From Phoronis australis (taxonomy: Eukaryota > Animalia > Phoronida): a DNA stretch of 64,000 nucleotides. Shown here one piece after another: positions 49,741 to 62,371 of this stretch. The position numbers and the translations under genes were made by a program. The notes beneath the pieces were generated by a model, which was not told the origin of the DNA, did not search any database, and saw only the letters and a list, made by a program, of their open reading frames with translations. Every line of letters starts with the position of its first letter. Position 1 is the first letter of the stretch. The stretch lies in contig NMRA01000568.1 of assembly GCA_002633005.1 (NCBI GenBank), positions 162,759 to 226,758 on the forward strand, read 5' to 3'.

Positions 49741-52700
49741 ATTATTTCATTCGAATTTTGATTTCATGACGATTGTTCGCTTGTCTCAAAATTTTCAGAC
49801 CCTTATTATAAACAATATCAAACTACAATAAGCACCAGGCTAATTGCTGACAGACAAATCATGCCCAATACTCCAAAACCACACATAAATGGATGGAACT
49901 ACTTTTGACCAGGTGCATCAGTTTAATAAAGAATTTGAGGGACATAAATCAAAAAGAACAGTTTATAACCAAGCTTTCTGGGGTAAATGCGAACATCCGT
50001 CCGGGGATTATATAGATGAACCAGTGAGACAACTGAAAACCCGAAATACCAGTTTTAACATATACTAAGAATTGCATTATTATTTACACAAATGTTAAAC
50101 AAAGCATTGCACAACGTCAATGGAAAAATTTCAAATCTACAGATCAAATCAGGACTCGGGAAAGTCTAAGAAATGACAGTAAAATAAAATACCGCATGTA
50201 CATGTTGTTCTAACAAGTAAGCTTGTATAAGATAAACAATCCCCGTTTCTTCATAAGTGGTTTATACAAGAAAAAGAAGCGAGCAACTAATGAGACACAA
50301 TTTGAAACAAAATTTGAGGAACTGAATGCAGTGTAAAACTTTAACATTCATCAGAGTTACAGTAACTGCAAACAATGATAAAAATAATAAGGATGGAGAA
50401 GAAAGGTAGTTCCATTTCACTTATTTAATTAGAAGTAGTAGTGTAGAACAGAACGTGACAAATTGATGTAGAAGGGTAACAATGTACACACACTGTTGGA
50501 TGTACATATATTTTGGCATAGTCAAGGAATGTTCAATAGACCCTATTTTCAACTGAAAATGTCATTAGTCGTTGGCCAAATGAGTATCGGAATTATTGTT
50601 GAATTTTAATCACTTGCTTTCGTAAATAAGCACATTCTTTAACTGCGTGTTGCTGCAGTTATAAGATTATTTCCAACCACACATATTAATATCGCTAATT
50701 TTTCTTTTTAAGGTGTAAATGCTTAAACATTATACAACATATAGTGTAGCTTATATACATGTATAAACGAAATTGTGTTCGCCTTCGTGAGGTGAATATA
50801 CTTACAGTTGTAGCTGTCAACGTCTGCTCAAATTCGATTACGGCCTGACTTAGGCTAGAAAGCATGTACATGTACATGTACAATGTTATTTTTATCCATA
50901 CTCCCTGAAAAACAACACAGTAAGTGTCGAGTAAATTGATGAATTGGGTAAATGTCCTTAATGTTTTTATCAGCAGAAAAACAAAGCAATTTAAGCAAAA
51001 CAGCAGGTGGCTAAATGAGCTACTCAGTGAATACAATCAGAATGTATTATTCGAAACCAGAGATCAGAGTGATGAGTAACAGCAGTGTTCACTGTAACTT
51101 ATAGTGTTAGTAGAGTGAGTGCATACACAGCATACTCACATGTCAGAGTGGTAATTGTACAAGAAATACAATTGTGCAGTACACTTCAAGTGTTTGGGTC
51201 ATGTAAACGAGAATAAGATGGAATGCAGTAAGGCCACGCTTTTACTTTGCGACACTTTATTGAATCTAAACCACTTGTTCCCTGACATAGAGAAAGCAAC
51301 TATCACTGTTTCTGCAACATACACGGATTATGCTAACGATCATCCTGTCGCTTGCAACCAATGCTTCTTCGAATGGGCAATGTGTCAATATCATAGACCA
51401 AGTAAGTCTCCTACTTGGTCACCTACTTAGTCTAGCTACGGCATCAACATGTTTACTACAGAAATGAGCAGTACACAGTACATCACATGGATACTCAGGC
51501 TGATGGACTATAGAAGTTACTCGACAGAAAACAAAGCAAGTTGTAAATTAGTATTATTTTCTCGTTATTCATAAGTTGTTAAAGTGTTTAGTAGGTGGAA
51601 TTTTGACATTTCCTTTCTGTTAAGTCCGTTCAGTGAATTTTAAAAGTGAAATTAACCTTTTCCTATAGTCAAATTGCATGTTTTTATTCATAGAAAGCTC
51701 TTTAGAAACTTCAGAGGTCAGCTTGTTTCAGAGAAATGTAGCTTTTCAGATTTTAGGCCTTGTTCCCTGCAACAGAAAAGAGAAGGAAACAACCAGAAAA
51801 GAGTAGGAAACAACCAGATGACCACATGGGATTGCCACTTTTAAGGCCAGGGGATACTTTGATTTGTTGTTATAAGAATGAAACAAAAGTAAGATTTTGT
51901 CCTTGGGGGTTTGCCATCATTCCGCGACATCATGGCGTGGACCTCATTTTGCGATACTTTTTGTCATCATCTGATCCTGTTCTCTGTGTGTGATAACATC
52001 TCCTTGAGAAAGAATTAAGTTTCACGTACCGGTAGGTAAACTGTTGTTTACAGCTATATTTATTTTTTGTTGTATTCAACCCATTACATGTAACTACGGA
52101 AAATAAAGCAAATGCCGTGGATGGTTTAGACGAGGCACTAACAAAACACAAATGAATTACCAATTAGTGATTGCACACTCAGTTAATGTTAAGTAAACTT
52201 AATCGAAGAGGATTTATTTACAGACACCCTGAGTACATGCATAGCTATTTTCTCTTCTCTTAATGACAGAGCTTTAATGGGTTAAATGTGCATTTTGGTG
52301 CTGTCTTGGGCCTGAAGTTCCCTATCTGTTTATCCTGGTTTTATTTCCACTGTCACATATGAATCAGTCTCAGTGACCCTATCTGAATTGGTTACAGGTC
52401 ACAACCCACACTATCACTACAAATATAATAAAAAGAGACAGACTACTGTACTTGGGATTATATAGAAACTGAAGCAATACACAATTACGGCCATACAGTG
52501 TATGACTCAACTGTGTATTAGTCCTGTTCACTTCAAGGTTGTTAACCAAGCATACATGTACATGTATGTGGAACGTTTCACTGAACATGTACATGTATAG
52601 CCAAAACCTAGTCTGGGATCGAAAACAATGATGATGGTTGCAAGAAAACGCACTAAATTGTCAAATGGATTTAGTGGTTGAACTCTACCATGAAAAAAGC

Positions 52701-53530
52701 ATAGTTTAAAAATTGTGACATCAGCGTAATTTCAAGCTGCAAGGTCACCTTGGTTAGCTTCCGTCTCATTTTGGGATGCATAAAAATTGTAAACAATATT
52801 GCTTATTTAGGTTAATAATGTCTAAGATTCTCTTGATAACTCTTGCCAACTTTATTAAAGTCTGGCATTTTTGTGTCTTGTTCTACTCACAGGTGTTCAT
52901 TTAAATGGATGACGCCAATGACGTCTGCTTAACCAACTTACACAGGGACATACGTATAATTGCGCAACTGAAATAGTTCTCAATATATGACATAGCTGTA
53001 AAGCTATTATATCCCCTATTACGAAAATATCGTGACGTTCTGAAAAGTGCATGAATGAAACTGAAAAGCTTGTAATGAAAATTTGCATTCATACACTAAC
53101 TTCACATTGACTAATTATTTTATAAAATCATGAATAATGGATGTAGAAAAAAATCGATGTCATCTCATACACTGTTTTTGTGTTGTTTTTGTATATTTTA
53201 ACGAAAAGTCTTTAAGTATTTATAAAAATTCATTAATTTTATAGCGTGTACAGAATACGAGGCTTGGTGTTAAGTTCCAATGTTCACTATTACTACTACA
53301 TGTACTAGTGATAACAGGGGGTCGGTAAGTTGACACTTTCTAAGTTATAAACATAACAGCAGTCCGAGAGCTGCACTGCTGTAGCTTGAGACCACGAGAG
53401 TTTTTCTCATATGCTAGACTTTGGAATACCTATTCTAATGTGCATAACCCTCCACCCACACAAACGCGCAGTAGCATAGTCGATAAACAAAACAAGCAGT
53501 AACACGACAGTAAGACTAAACGAACAGTTC

Positions 53531-55030
53531 AATAGCGGAGTTGCAACGCCGCCATATTGGAAATGGGTCAGAATGTTGCATTGTGGTTAAGCCGGTAAAC
53601 AAGTACGTCGGCAAGCGTGGGGGCGAACCGGCCACAGGGAGGTTATACGTGTTGTGTGCCTGGCATGCTATAATACCAGTTAGCGAAATAAAAAATTTAG
53701 TTACTACCTGTTTCCCAAGGATCAAGAACTGCGTTAAACATGGGTCAGAGACATCGGTAGAGCTGGTAGCAAAGGCCGACTTCGTGAATTCTTTCCGACT
53801 TCGTAGCATAAAGTGTGCAGCGCTCATTTTGAGGGCGGCAAGAAAACGTATCTTAGAAACTGCCCAACAATATCTCCCTTCAAAGAAACAGTAACAAATA
53901 CTCCANNNNNNNNNNNNNNNNNNNNNNNNNNNNNNNNNNNNNNNNNNNNNNNNNNNNNNNNNNNNNNNNNNNNNNNNNNNNNNNNNNNNNNNNNNNNNNN
54001 NNNNNNNNNNNNNNNNNNNNNNNNNNNNNNNNNNNNNNNNNNNNNNNNNNNNNNNNNNNNNNNNNNNNNNNNNNNNNNNNNNNNNNNNNNNNNNNNNNNN
54101 NNNNNNNNNNNNNNNNNNNNNNNNNNNNNNNNNNNNNNNNNNNNNNNNNNNNNNNNNNNNNNNNNNNNNNNNNNNNNNNNNNNNNNNNNNNNNNNNNNNN
54201 NNNNNNNNNNNNNNNNNNNNNNNNNNNNNNNNNNNNNNNNNNNNNNNNNNNNNNNNNNNNNNNNNNNNNNNNNNNNNNNNNNNNNNNNNNNNNNNNNNNN
54301 NNNNNNNNNNNNNNNNNNNNNNNNNNNNNNNNNNNNNNNNNNNNNNNNNNNNNNNNNNNNNNNNNNNNNNNNNNNNNNNNNNNNNNNNNNNNNNNNNNNN
54401 NNNNNNNNNNNNNNNNNNNNNNNNNNNNNNNNNNNNNNNNNNNNNNNNNNNNNNNNNNNNNNNNNNNNNNNNNNNNNNNNNNNNNNNNNNNNNNNNNNNN
54501 NNNNNNNNNNNNNNNNNNNNNNNNNNNNNNNNNNNNNNNNNNNNNNNNNNNNNNNNNNNNNNNNNNNNNNNNNNNNNNNNNNNNNNNNNNNNNNNNNNNN
54601 NNNNNNNNNNNNNNNNNNNNNNNNNNNNNNNNNNNNNNNNNNNNNNNNNNNNNNNNNNNNNNNNNNNNNNNNNNNNNNNNNNNNNNNNNNNNNNNNNNNN
54701 NNNNNNNNNNNNNNNNNNNNNNNNNNNNNNNNNNNNNNNNNNNNNNNNNNNNNNNNNNNNNNNNNNNNNNNNNNNNNNNNNNNNNNNNNNNNNNNNNNNN
54801 NNNNNNNNNNNNNNNNNNNNNNNNNNNNNNNNNNNNNNNNNNNNNNNNNNNNNNNNNNNNNNNNNNNNNNTCGGCTGAAGGGTCGGCTGTGGGGTCGCCT
54901 TATGAGTCGGCACTGCGGGCGGCTGCCGGTCGGCTAATTTTTAGCCGACCGGTCGGCTAATTTGCCGACCGGTCGACGGCCGGTCGTCGACCAATTTCCG
55001 ACCGGTCGGCCAAAAATTCGTGATGTGTGC
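53531..55030 (+). mobile_element. THAP-bearing DNA transposon remnant spanning a gap, with a GTCGG/CCGAC palindromic tract
   Basis: Starts AATAG where homology to the 62225-62430 paralog stops; contains a THAP relic; 54871-55015 is nested CCGACCGGTCGG repeats. Continuity across the gap is unproven. Confidence 0.5.
53641..53880 (+). pseudogene. THAP domain pseudogene
   Basis: GYTCCVPG/CYNTS*RNKKFSYYLFPKDQELR*TWVRDIGR..HKVCSAHFEGGKK..PTI: full C2CH pattern with one frameshift and three stops. Confidence 0.88.
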
Positions 55031-56551
55031 TGTATTTCGAAAAATCATGAAAATTCGCAAAGCGAAGCTTTTGCGGAGTATATCAATTCACTGGATTTTT
55101 TAAGTTCAATTAGACAATTTTACAAACATAAAACTGTAATTTCCAGAGGACCTTCTCAAGCAACGGACAATGTCGCACTATTTTTCGTTTTTTTACTCTC
55201 TAAATTGTATATAACTAGAAAAAAATTGATGACCTGACAGATGACATCAATTGCTGCACGTTTCCTGATTTTTAAAAAATAGATCTTTGGAGCCCAGCCC
55301 TTGAAGGCTTCCTTGATGACATTCACGTGGCTACCTTTTTCCTGTTTTTATCAACAATTTTTTTTAAGGTAGCTCACAAAGAGAGGGCCAATGTTGGAAT
55401 CGATTACCTCTATTTCCCTGTTTTTTTTCTGAAATCGTACAACCGGCTTTCATGTTCAGTAAAGTCACTTCTTGCGGTGGAATGAACCGTCACTTATTTT
55501 AAGCTTAATGATGTTTACCCTTTCATCTTAGGTGTCCCATTTCAGAAAGGACACTCTCTCGGGGCGGTTCGGGTGAATTGTTTATTTCTTCATACACTGC
55601 CAAGTATTCACGAGGGGAACTTGAGATTCCAAATTCATCAAAAAAGACAAAACATCCGAGCACAGAACAGCAATGTCAAGTCATTTTTCACAAACAACCA
55701 ATAAATGTGAACAATACAATAGGATATACCGCCATTGAACAGGTGGAATTTGAAGAAGGTGAAGACCACTATTTGTACATTACACAGAATGATTACTACC
55801 GATGGTTAGTTATAATATAATGTTACTTTTTCCCGTATTATCACAAGAATATTATTTCTTTTGAAAATCGTTACTATGGGTTGTTTGTAAGGAATTCGCA
55901 ATTATCGAAAAGACTGGGGGCTAGGATTTGTGATGGACCTGTACATGACGAACTGGGGTCCTTACAATACTCGCGATAATAAACAAATATCAAATATTCA
56001 GCATGTTTTTGAGCTCAAGTTTAATTCGTGAACCGTTATAGGAACCTCTGAAATGATCAAAAATACACCTTAATCAGAATGCCCCATCTCCCATGTTCTC
56101 CCGTTTGCCTGTCAGAAATTTGTAAGCATGCTTATAACATTTTTGCTTAACTAAAATAACTGTCAAAGACATTCATTGATGAAATTCGGACAGTACATGT
56201 ACCTAAATATACCCAAAATTCAAATGACAATAAATGCATTAGTTTTTTACTTGGGCAAAAGATCTGTTGTTTAAACTCATTAACAGGGGATCAAAAAGGA
56301 AATAAGTCATAAAATCAAGGTAAAGACATTGCTCATCAATTCGATTGTTGGTTTCTGATTGATGATTTTTTGGCAATTAGAAGCTAATCTAGTAAGAAAT
56401 GACAATGCTTCAATGAACTTAGTTGCAAGCTGACATTGGGAAAATTCGATCTACATTGTATGATCAAGACCCCAATTAGAAAAGTACACTAAACAATTTT
56501 TGTATATCTGAAATAAATCTCAAAGATATTGATGAATGCTGGACAGCTCTA

Positions 56552-56931
56552 CAAGGTGTCCCAAAATGTTCTCACACTTCAAATGATTGTTTCTTGACTT
56601 AGGAAATAGATAAGTGGGTTTAAAATCACAAACAGTGAATTGAAAAACAAGTTTAAGTACTTAAATAAATAAAATTAAACTCATTGCTGATCAGCTTGGA
56701 AAGGCTGTATTTGCACTTCCTTGATGTTTTTAATTTCCAGTAGTATTGCGCAATTAACTTTTTTCTTCAAAACTGAATCGTTTGCTTGCCAGTTGCGTGC
56801 ATATTACAGACGGAACACGTCATAACTGACTGGTCTAAACATGCAGTAGGCTCGTGCAGAATCTCAGAGATCTACGGGAACTGAAATTGAAGTCGAGACG
56901 ATGAACTGCCTACGTTTTGGGACACACTCTG
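56552..56931. mobile_element. Tc1/mariner-type MITE
   Basis: TA|CAAGGTGTCCCAAAA ... TTTTGGGACACACTCTG|CA; imperfect TIRs with TA on the left. Confidence 0.65.
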
Positions 56932-58142
56932 CATCATTTTTCCCAGGCACCAGAAGCTGGACTATCGGCAGTGTTTCAACAAGGGATTCTCAAACGGCCC
57001 TAAAGGCATCATACCAGGGAAATTCGGGAACTCACCATTCCAATATTTAAATTTACACCTGGGATACGCAAGCACCACTTTACTGTAGGACTCATTTACG
57101 TACTGTATTATCCTGTTCCCAAGATACACGACACAGAGATATACATGTAAGGCGGAAATGCTTCACTTTTTGTTCAATTGTGACTGAAGTTCGAGGCGCA
57201 CCTTTATTTTCTATCATGATGTGGACCTCAGTGCCTAATATATATTAATTGTATGGTTGGTAACCTGCTTGATAATTTGCCATAGGTACATGTACAGTAG
57301 TGTTGAAGGGAGTGTTCTTGTAAAAGCATACTCCGAGCCTTACATCGGTGGATACTTCGTTAGCATGTGTGTTACCGTGGAAACCCCGTTACACTCAGTG
57401 GTGATGTCGTTTGTTTATATTTTTTGTTTTGACACGGGTCTTGAAACATCAAGTGTTTTTACTTTGAAGTTAGCCATTTTACCCGCTGATGTAGGCTGAC
57501 AATGCCTTGAATTAACTGCTGATAGTTGATTAAATAAAATGTGGATGGTTTACGAGATCTGGGAAGCACCAGAAGAAACTACCCTAAATGGACTCTGTAT
57601 TCAATAGTCTTCTTGACACAGACCAGAGCTAATGATTTTTTGGCCTTACACAGCCAATTCAGTATTGCAAAAAGTTCATATTGAAATTTAAGCTCAATGT
57701 CTTACTTAAAGTATGCATTGATTTAAAAAGGCTTCTATTTTTTATTTCTTGTATATAAAATATAGAAAAAGATTCCCCAATAGCGGCTAAAGTTATATAA
57801 TCGCACCTCAGTACATGTATTTCTTGTTTATTTGTTTAACTGCCTGTATAGATTCTGATATGTTGAAAATTTCAGGTTCACCATTTTTTGATGACAAAGC
57901 AAAAGATGACATCGTATCGTAGTGGAGAGTTTTCAAGGAAATTGTGAGATTGATATGTAATCATAAAATCTCTATAGACGTTGTGCTAGTCATGTTACTC
58001 AAAGAGCACATACATTGTAAGTTGAGTTGAAACAGAAATCGTTTAAGCAGTTCGTACACGAAATTTGATTGTTAGAGAATATGTGGTTTGGCTTCATGTA
58101 GTTCTAATATTGTGCTTTTTGTACATTACTCTGATTTGAAAG

Positions 58143-58330
58143 TCAGAAATGGTTTCCTGAACTGCATGGCCAAATGTTTGGATAAATCGCTGGCTGACAT
58201 TGAACAAAGGTACAACGAGTGTGGCGCTGATGTAAAGTGTTGGGCGAGAAAGGTTGGCTTTGAGGGATACACATGCGCCGCGAAATGTATTCCGGTTACC
58301 TATCCTGTGGAATTGCCAGCTGAAGTTTAA
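58143..58330 (+). CDS. Six-Cys module 9 exon (stop just before the relic donor)
   Basis: AAG acceptor (phase 1) after a CTAAT branch-like site. GFLNCMAKCLDKSLADIEQRYNECGADVKCWARKVGFEGYTCAAKCI..PAEV*; donor GTACGT at 58353. Confidence 0.75.
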
Positions 58331-59627
58331 GTTGAAAAAAAGTCTGTGACAAGTACGTTGTTTATTGTACAATGTTGAAATTTACCAATGTGCCATACTA
58401 GGAAGACATGCAATAGCAAAATACTGTAGTACAAATGCTGTGACATTTTCTGCAATTTGAGTGGACGAAGTTAATTTTTTAGTCATTGGTCTATCAAAAG
58501 TTGAATTAATCTGAGCGATTCCGGATGTCCTGTAATCATCACTGAATCAAACACCAGTGTTCAGCCACAGCAAAGGCAAAGCACTCCAAATTTCGGAAAT
58601 CACAGAGAGATTATTCCTTTAGACATGGCGTATCGCTTCAATTAGTACATTTTGTTTATGTTCATTTTTAGTTCTTTAATCAAACACGTTAGTGAGTTTT
58701 TTGTTGAAACTGGATGTTTACCGATAATAACAGAACAGGATAATCAACATTATTTTCCCTTCCAGACACCTGCTGGTCACACCTCGAGACCTGTATTTAT
58801 TCTAAGTCTGATGATTCAGTTCGAACGCTATCTCGAACCCAGCATTTCCTGCTTTCCGCAAGACAAACAATGGATACTTTAATTTCATCCATAGAAACGT
58901 GCACCAACATTCTCAAAAATCCATTTGCTTGTTAAAGTATTCTCAGTGGTGAAATTACATTACACAACAATTATAGTGTAGACGTACATTCTACCATAAC
59001 TGTTTTTAAAAACAGAAGCTGTGATGCCTTATTTCTATTTGTACAAAACAGGTTGCAAAATGCATTGGGCACAGACCAGAGCTAATTATTTTATTTTTAG
59101 CCTTACACAGCGAATTCGGCATTGCAAAAAATCATCTTTAAATTTAAGCTCAATGTCTTATTTTAAGTATGCATTGATTTAAAATAGCTTCGATTTTTTA
59201 TTTCTTATATATAAAAATTTCGAGAAAGGTCGTCCAGCAGTGGCTAAAAAGATACAAATGTATAGTATCACATCAGTATTTTTGTTTGTTTGTGTACATG
59301 TATATGTCTGTATATTTTGCCAACACCTAGGATTCAGAGATGTTAACATTATCGTATTCATCAATAACTGACGGAAGAGAAAAAGATTACAGAGTATCAT
59401 GGAGTAGGCATTTCTGTGAACATTTGAGCTTGATACATGTATTTAGTGATAAAATCTCTATAGCCGTTGTGTTTATCATGTCACGCAAACAGCACACGAA
59501 TTGTGTTGCAGTAGAAAGTTTTTCAATACATGTAGTTTGTAGATGAAATTTGATTGACAGATAATAAGTGATTTGTGCGTTTGTAGTCCTAATATTGTGC
59601 TTTTTATACATTACTCTGATTTGAAAG

Positions 59628-59833
59628 GTGGCAACAATTTCCTGAAGTGCATGGCCTCATGCCTGGACAAAACGATGGCAGACATTGAACAATGGTACAA
59701 CGAGTGTGGTACTGATGGAAACTGTTGGTTGAGAAAGGTCGGCTTCATGGGCCTCACATGTGCCGGACGTTGTACGCTTAACACGGGATCTCTGGAATTG
59801 TCCGCTGTAGTTAAAGTTGAAAAAAGTCTGTGA
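59628..59833 (+). CDS. Six-Cys module 10 exon (stop just before the relic donor)
   Basis: NFLKCMASCLDKTMADIEQWYNECGTDGNCWLRKVGFMGLTCAGRCT..KSL*; donor GTACGT at 59837. Confidence 0.75.
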
Positions 59834-61242
59834 CAAGTACGTTGTTTTCTAGATAATGTTAAAATTTACCGGTTTGTCATACTTAGAAGACTTGCAATAG
59901 CAAAAGAGTGTAGTATAAAGTTGTGAAGTTTTCTGGGATTTGCACGGAGAAAGTTAATTTTTGTTAGACATTGCACTGTCAAAGTTGAATTAATCTAAGT
60001 TATTCCGGATGACCTGTATCACTGAATCAATCACCAGTGTTCAGCCAAAGCAAAGACAAAGCACCCGAGAGTTCGGCAATTACAGAGATATTATAACTTA
60101 AAACATTGCGTTTCGTTTCAATTAGTTCTTTGTGCATTTGGTAATGTTTAATTGTTTAGTCAAAAATGTTTGTGAGTTTTTTTGAAGCTGGAGGTTTACC
60201 GATAATAACAGAACATAGTATGCAACATTATTTTTCTTTCTCGACACCTGCTGGTCACCACGCAACTGGCCCTTATTCCAAATCTGAAGATTGAGTCCGA
60301 ACTGTTCCTCAAAGCCCGCGCTTCCTGCTTTCCGCAGGACAAACAATGGAAACTCTTCATCCATACAAATGAGCACAAGCATTCTCAAAAATCCATTTGT
60401 CTGTTATTCCTTTCTCAGTGGTGAAATCACATTACACATCAATTATAGTCTATACTACGGAGATTTTGTTGGGCAGATCACTTCACGGAATATCATCAAA
60501 AATCAATCGTCCTAATAGGTATATGCAGTCCGTCTAGGCGTGCGAGTCAGTTGAGAGGTCGCCAGGTTTGAAAGCAACAAGCTAGGAACCAGTAAGAGGA
60601 GAGGATAATAGCTGTTACCTAGCAACAAGCGAACACAGCTGCGTTTTTGTGTTAGTTAACATTGAAGTTATTGACTTACTCAGTGGCTGACCCAGGATCA
60701 TGGGCAAATGCACTTTGACATTAGACATACATACTTAGGCGCATCATATTCATAAAGTACAGCAATGCATGGGTTCTGGACCACATGGTCCATCTCTGAA
60801 TCCGGGTCGGATACTAGTTTACAGGACAGAACGTAAAGCAATGTTTCAATTTATGTTCTTTGAAAAATGTCTGTCAATAGCAATCTTGCTCAATAAATTA
60901 AAGAAAGCCCCGTTTGTGATTCTAGAGTGGACACCATCGTGTAGAAGTAACGGCGTGGTGTTTACTGTGGTTCTGGGCTCGTTCTGCACGAAATATACTC
61001 AAAGAACCGAAAAAAACAATCAGTTGTACACCCAACGCTGCCCGACAGATATGATATTTGACGTCCACGCTTGTGCGTGTGACTATAACTTGAGGGCAAA
61101 ATGCACTTCCATCCTACCTACTGGTCACCATGTGCCGTCATGAAAATTTTCAAATTGCCAATCGTTCAAATACATTCAAGGACAACATTTTGAAATTGCC
61201 TATTGTATGGCAACAATTCAGTTTAACATTTTTTTTTTCACA

Positions 61243-61656
61243 ACAGGAACGAATAAAGTAACGTACATGCAAAGTTTTTAAGCAGATCTCCCTTTATACA
61301 TGCCGTGTTGAAAGTCTACGGCCGTCTACAATTGCTTTAAGTCAACATAGTGCAGATCATAATAAGTGCTTTAAACTGCGTGCAGAATTATTCCAATACG
61401 AGAGTCTTTGAAACAGGAGTAACAAGAGCTGGTATTTTGACTAAACGCGATCAGATTTTCAAAACAGGAACGAATAAAGTAACGTACACGCAAAGTTTTT
61501 AAGCAGATCTCCCTTTATACATGCCGGTCTACAACTGCTTTAAGTCAACACAGTGCAGATCATAAGTGCTTTAAACTGTGTGCAGAATTATTCCAATACG
61601 AGAGTCTTTGAAACAGGAGTAACAAGAGCTGGTATTTTGACTAAACGCGATCAGAT
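61243..61656. repeat. ~200-220-bp tandem duplication
   Basis: ACAGGAACGAATAAAGTAACGTACA...GACTAAACGCGATCAGATT occurs twice. Confidence 0.9.
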
Positions 61657-61928
61657 TCTTTTCGGTGACCTCGAGAAAGGTTTAATGACACGATGTAAAG
61701 AGTTGGTAGGTCTGACGTAAGTTGAATTGTAATTGTTTTGTGAAATAGCGTTGCCGTTGTATTGATAGGTGCGTTAGAAAGTCTTTAAATCCCGCTGTTT
61801 GGATCAAAAATGAATGCAGTACGACCTAAGTGACAAATTCGTGTTCTATTTTATACCAAAATGCTTGTTAAATACATTCATTTAAATTACATAGTGGTTT
61901 TCGTCTTTATTGCCAATTAATTCTTCAG

Positions 61929-62195
61929 AATAACGTCGGACCGAACGTACATGCATGAACGTAAATACACGGAAGCATCAGCTGGCTTAAAAGCTGATAT
62001 GCCATGCTGAAAAATCCAGATCATACATATCACCACTGATCACCGTCAATTTCACACACCCTATAGATCATACTATAGGCTACGACACTACAAATTTCCA
62101 TTCGATTTAAATCTTTTCTCGTGGTAATTTACTTGTTTCCAGTATGTTAATTTTATTACTATGATTTGACCTGAGAATAAACAGTTTCTGAGGTT
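61929..62195 (+). other. Candidate terminal exon B
   Basis: TTAATTCTTCAG|AA TAA (phase 1, then stop); AATAAA at 62176. Confidence 0.6.
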
Positions 62196-62260
62196 ATTTC
62201 TTTCGAATTTTGATTTTGCATGATCTTTGAATCCCTGTTCTGATGCCCATTTAGCACTCC

Positions 62261-62316
62261 ACGCGCGCGCGCACACTCACACGCACACACATAAACGCAC
62301 ACAAACACACACACGC

Positions 62317-62370
<54 letters not shown>
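62261..62370. repeat. (CA)n/(CG)n microsatellite
   Basis: Read directly from the sequence. Confidence 0.98.

Positions 62371-62371
<1 letters not shown>

Larger units (their letters stand above)
57617..60450 (+). repeat. Diverged two-unit tandem duplication (~1.45-kb period), one module exon per unit
   Basis: CACAGACCAGAGCTAAT near 57618 and 59070, colinear through CTCAGTGGTGAAAT..ATTATAGT near 58975 and 60448. Confidence 0.92.

Noticed and set aside
57876-57922. Mini-exon GSPFFDDKAKDDIVS* resembling the acidic linker
   Set aside because: Too short, and the acceptor and frame are not kept in the sister unit.
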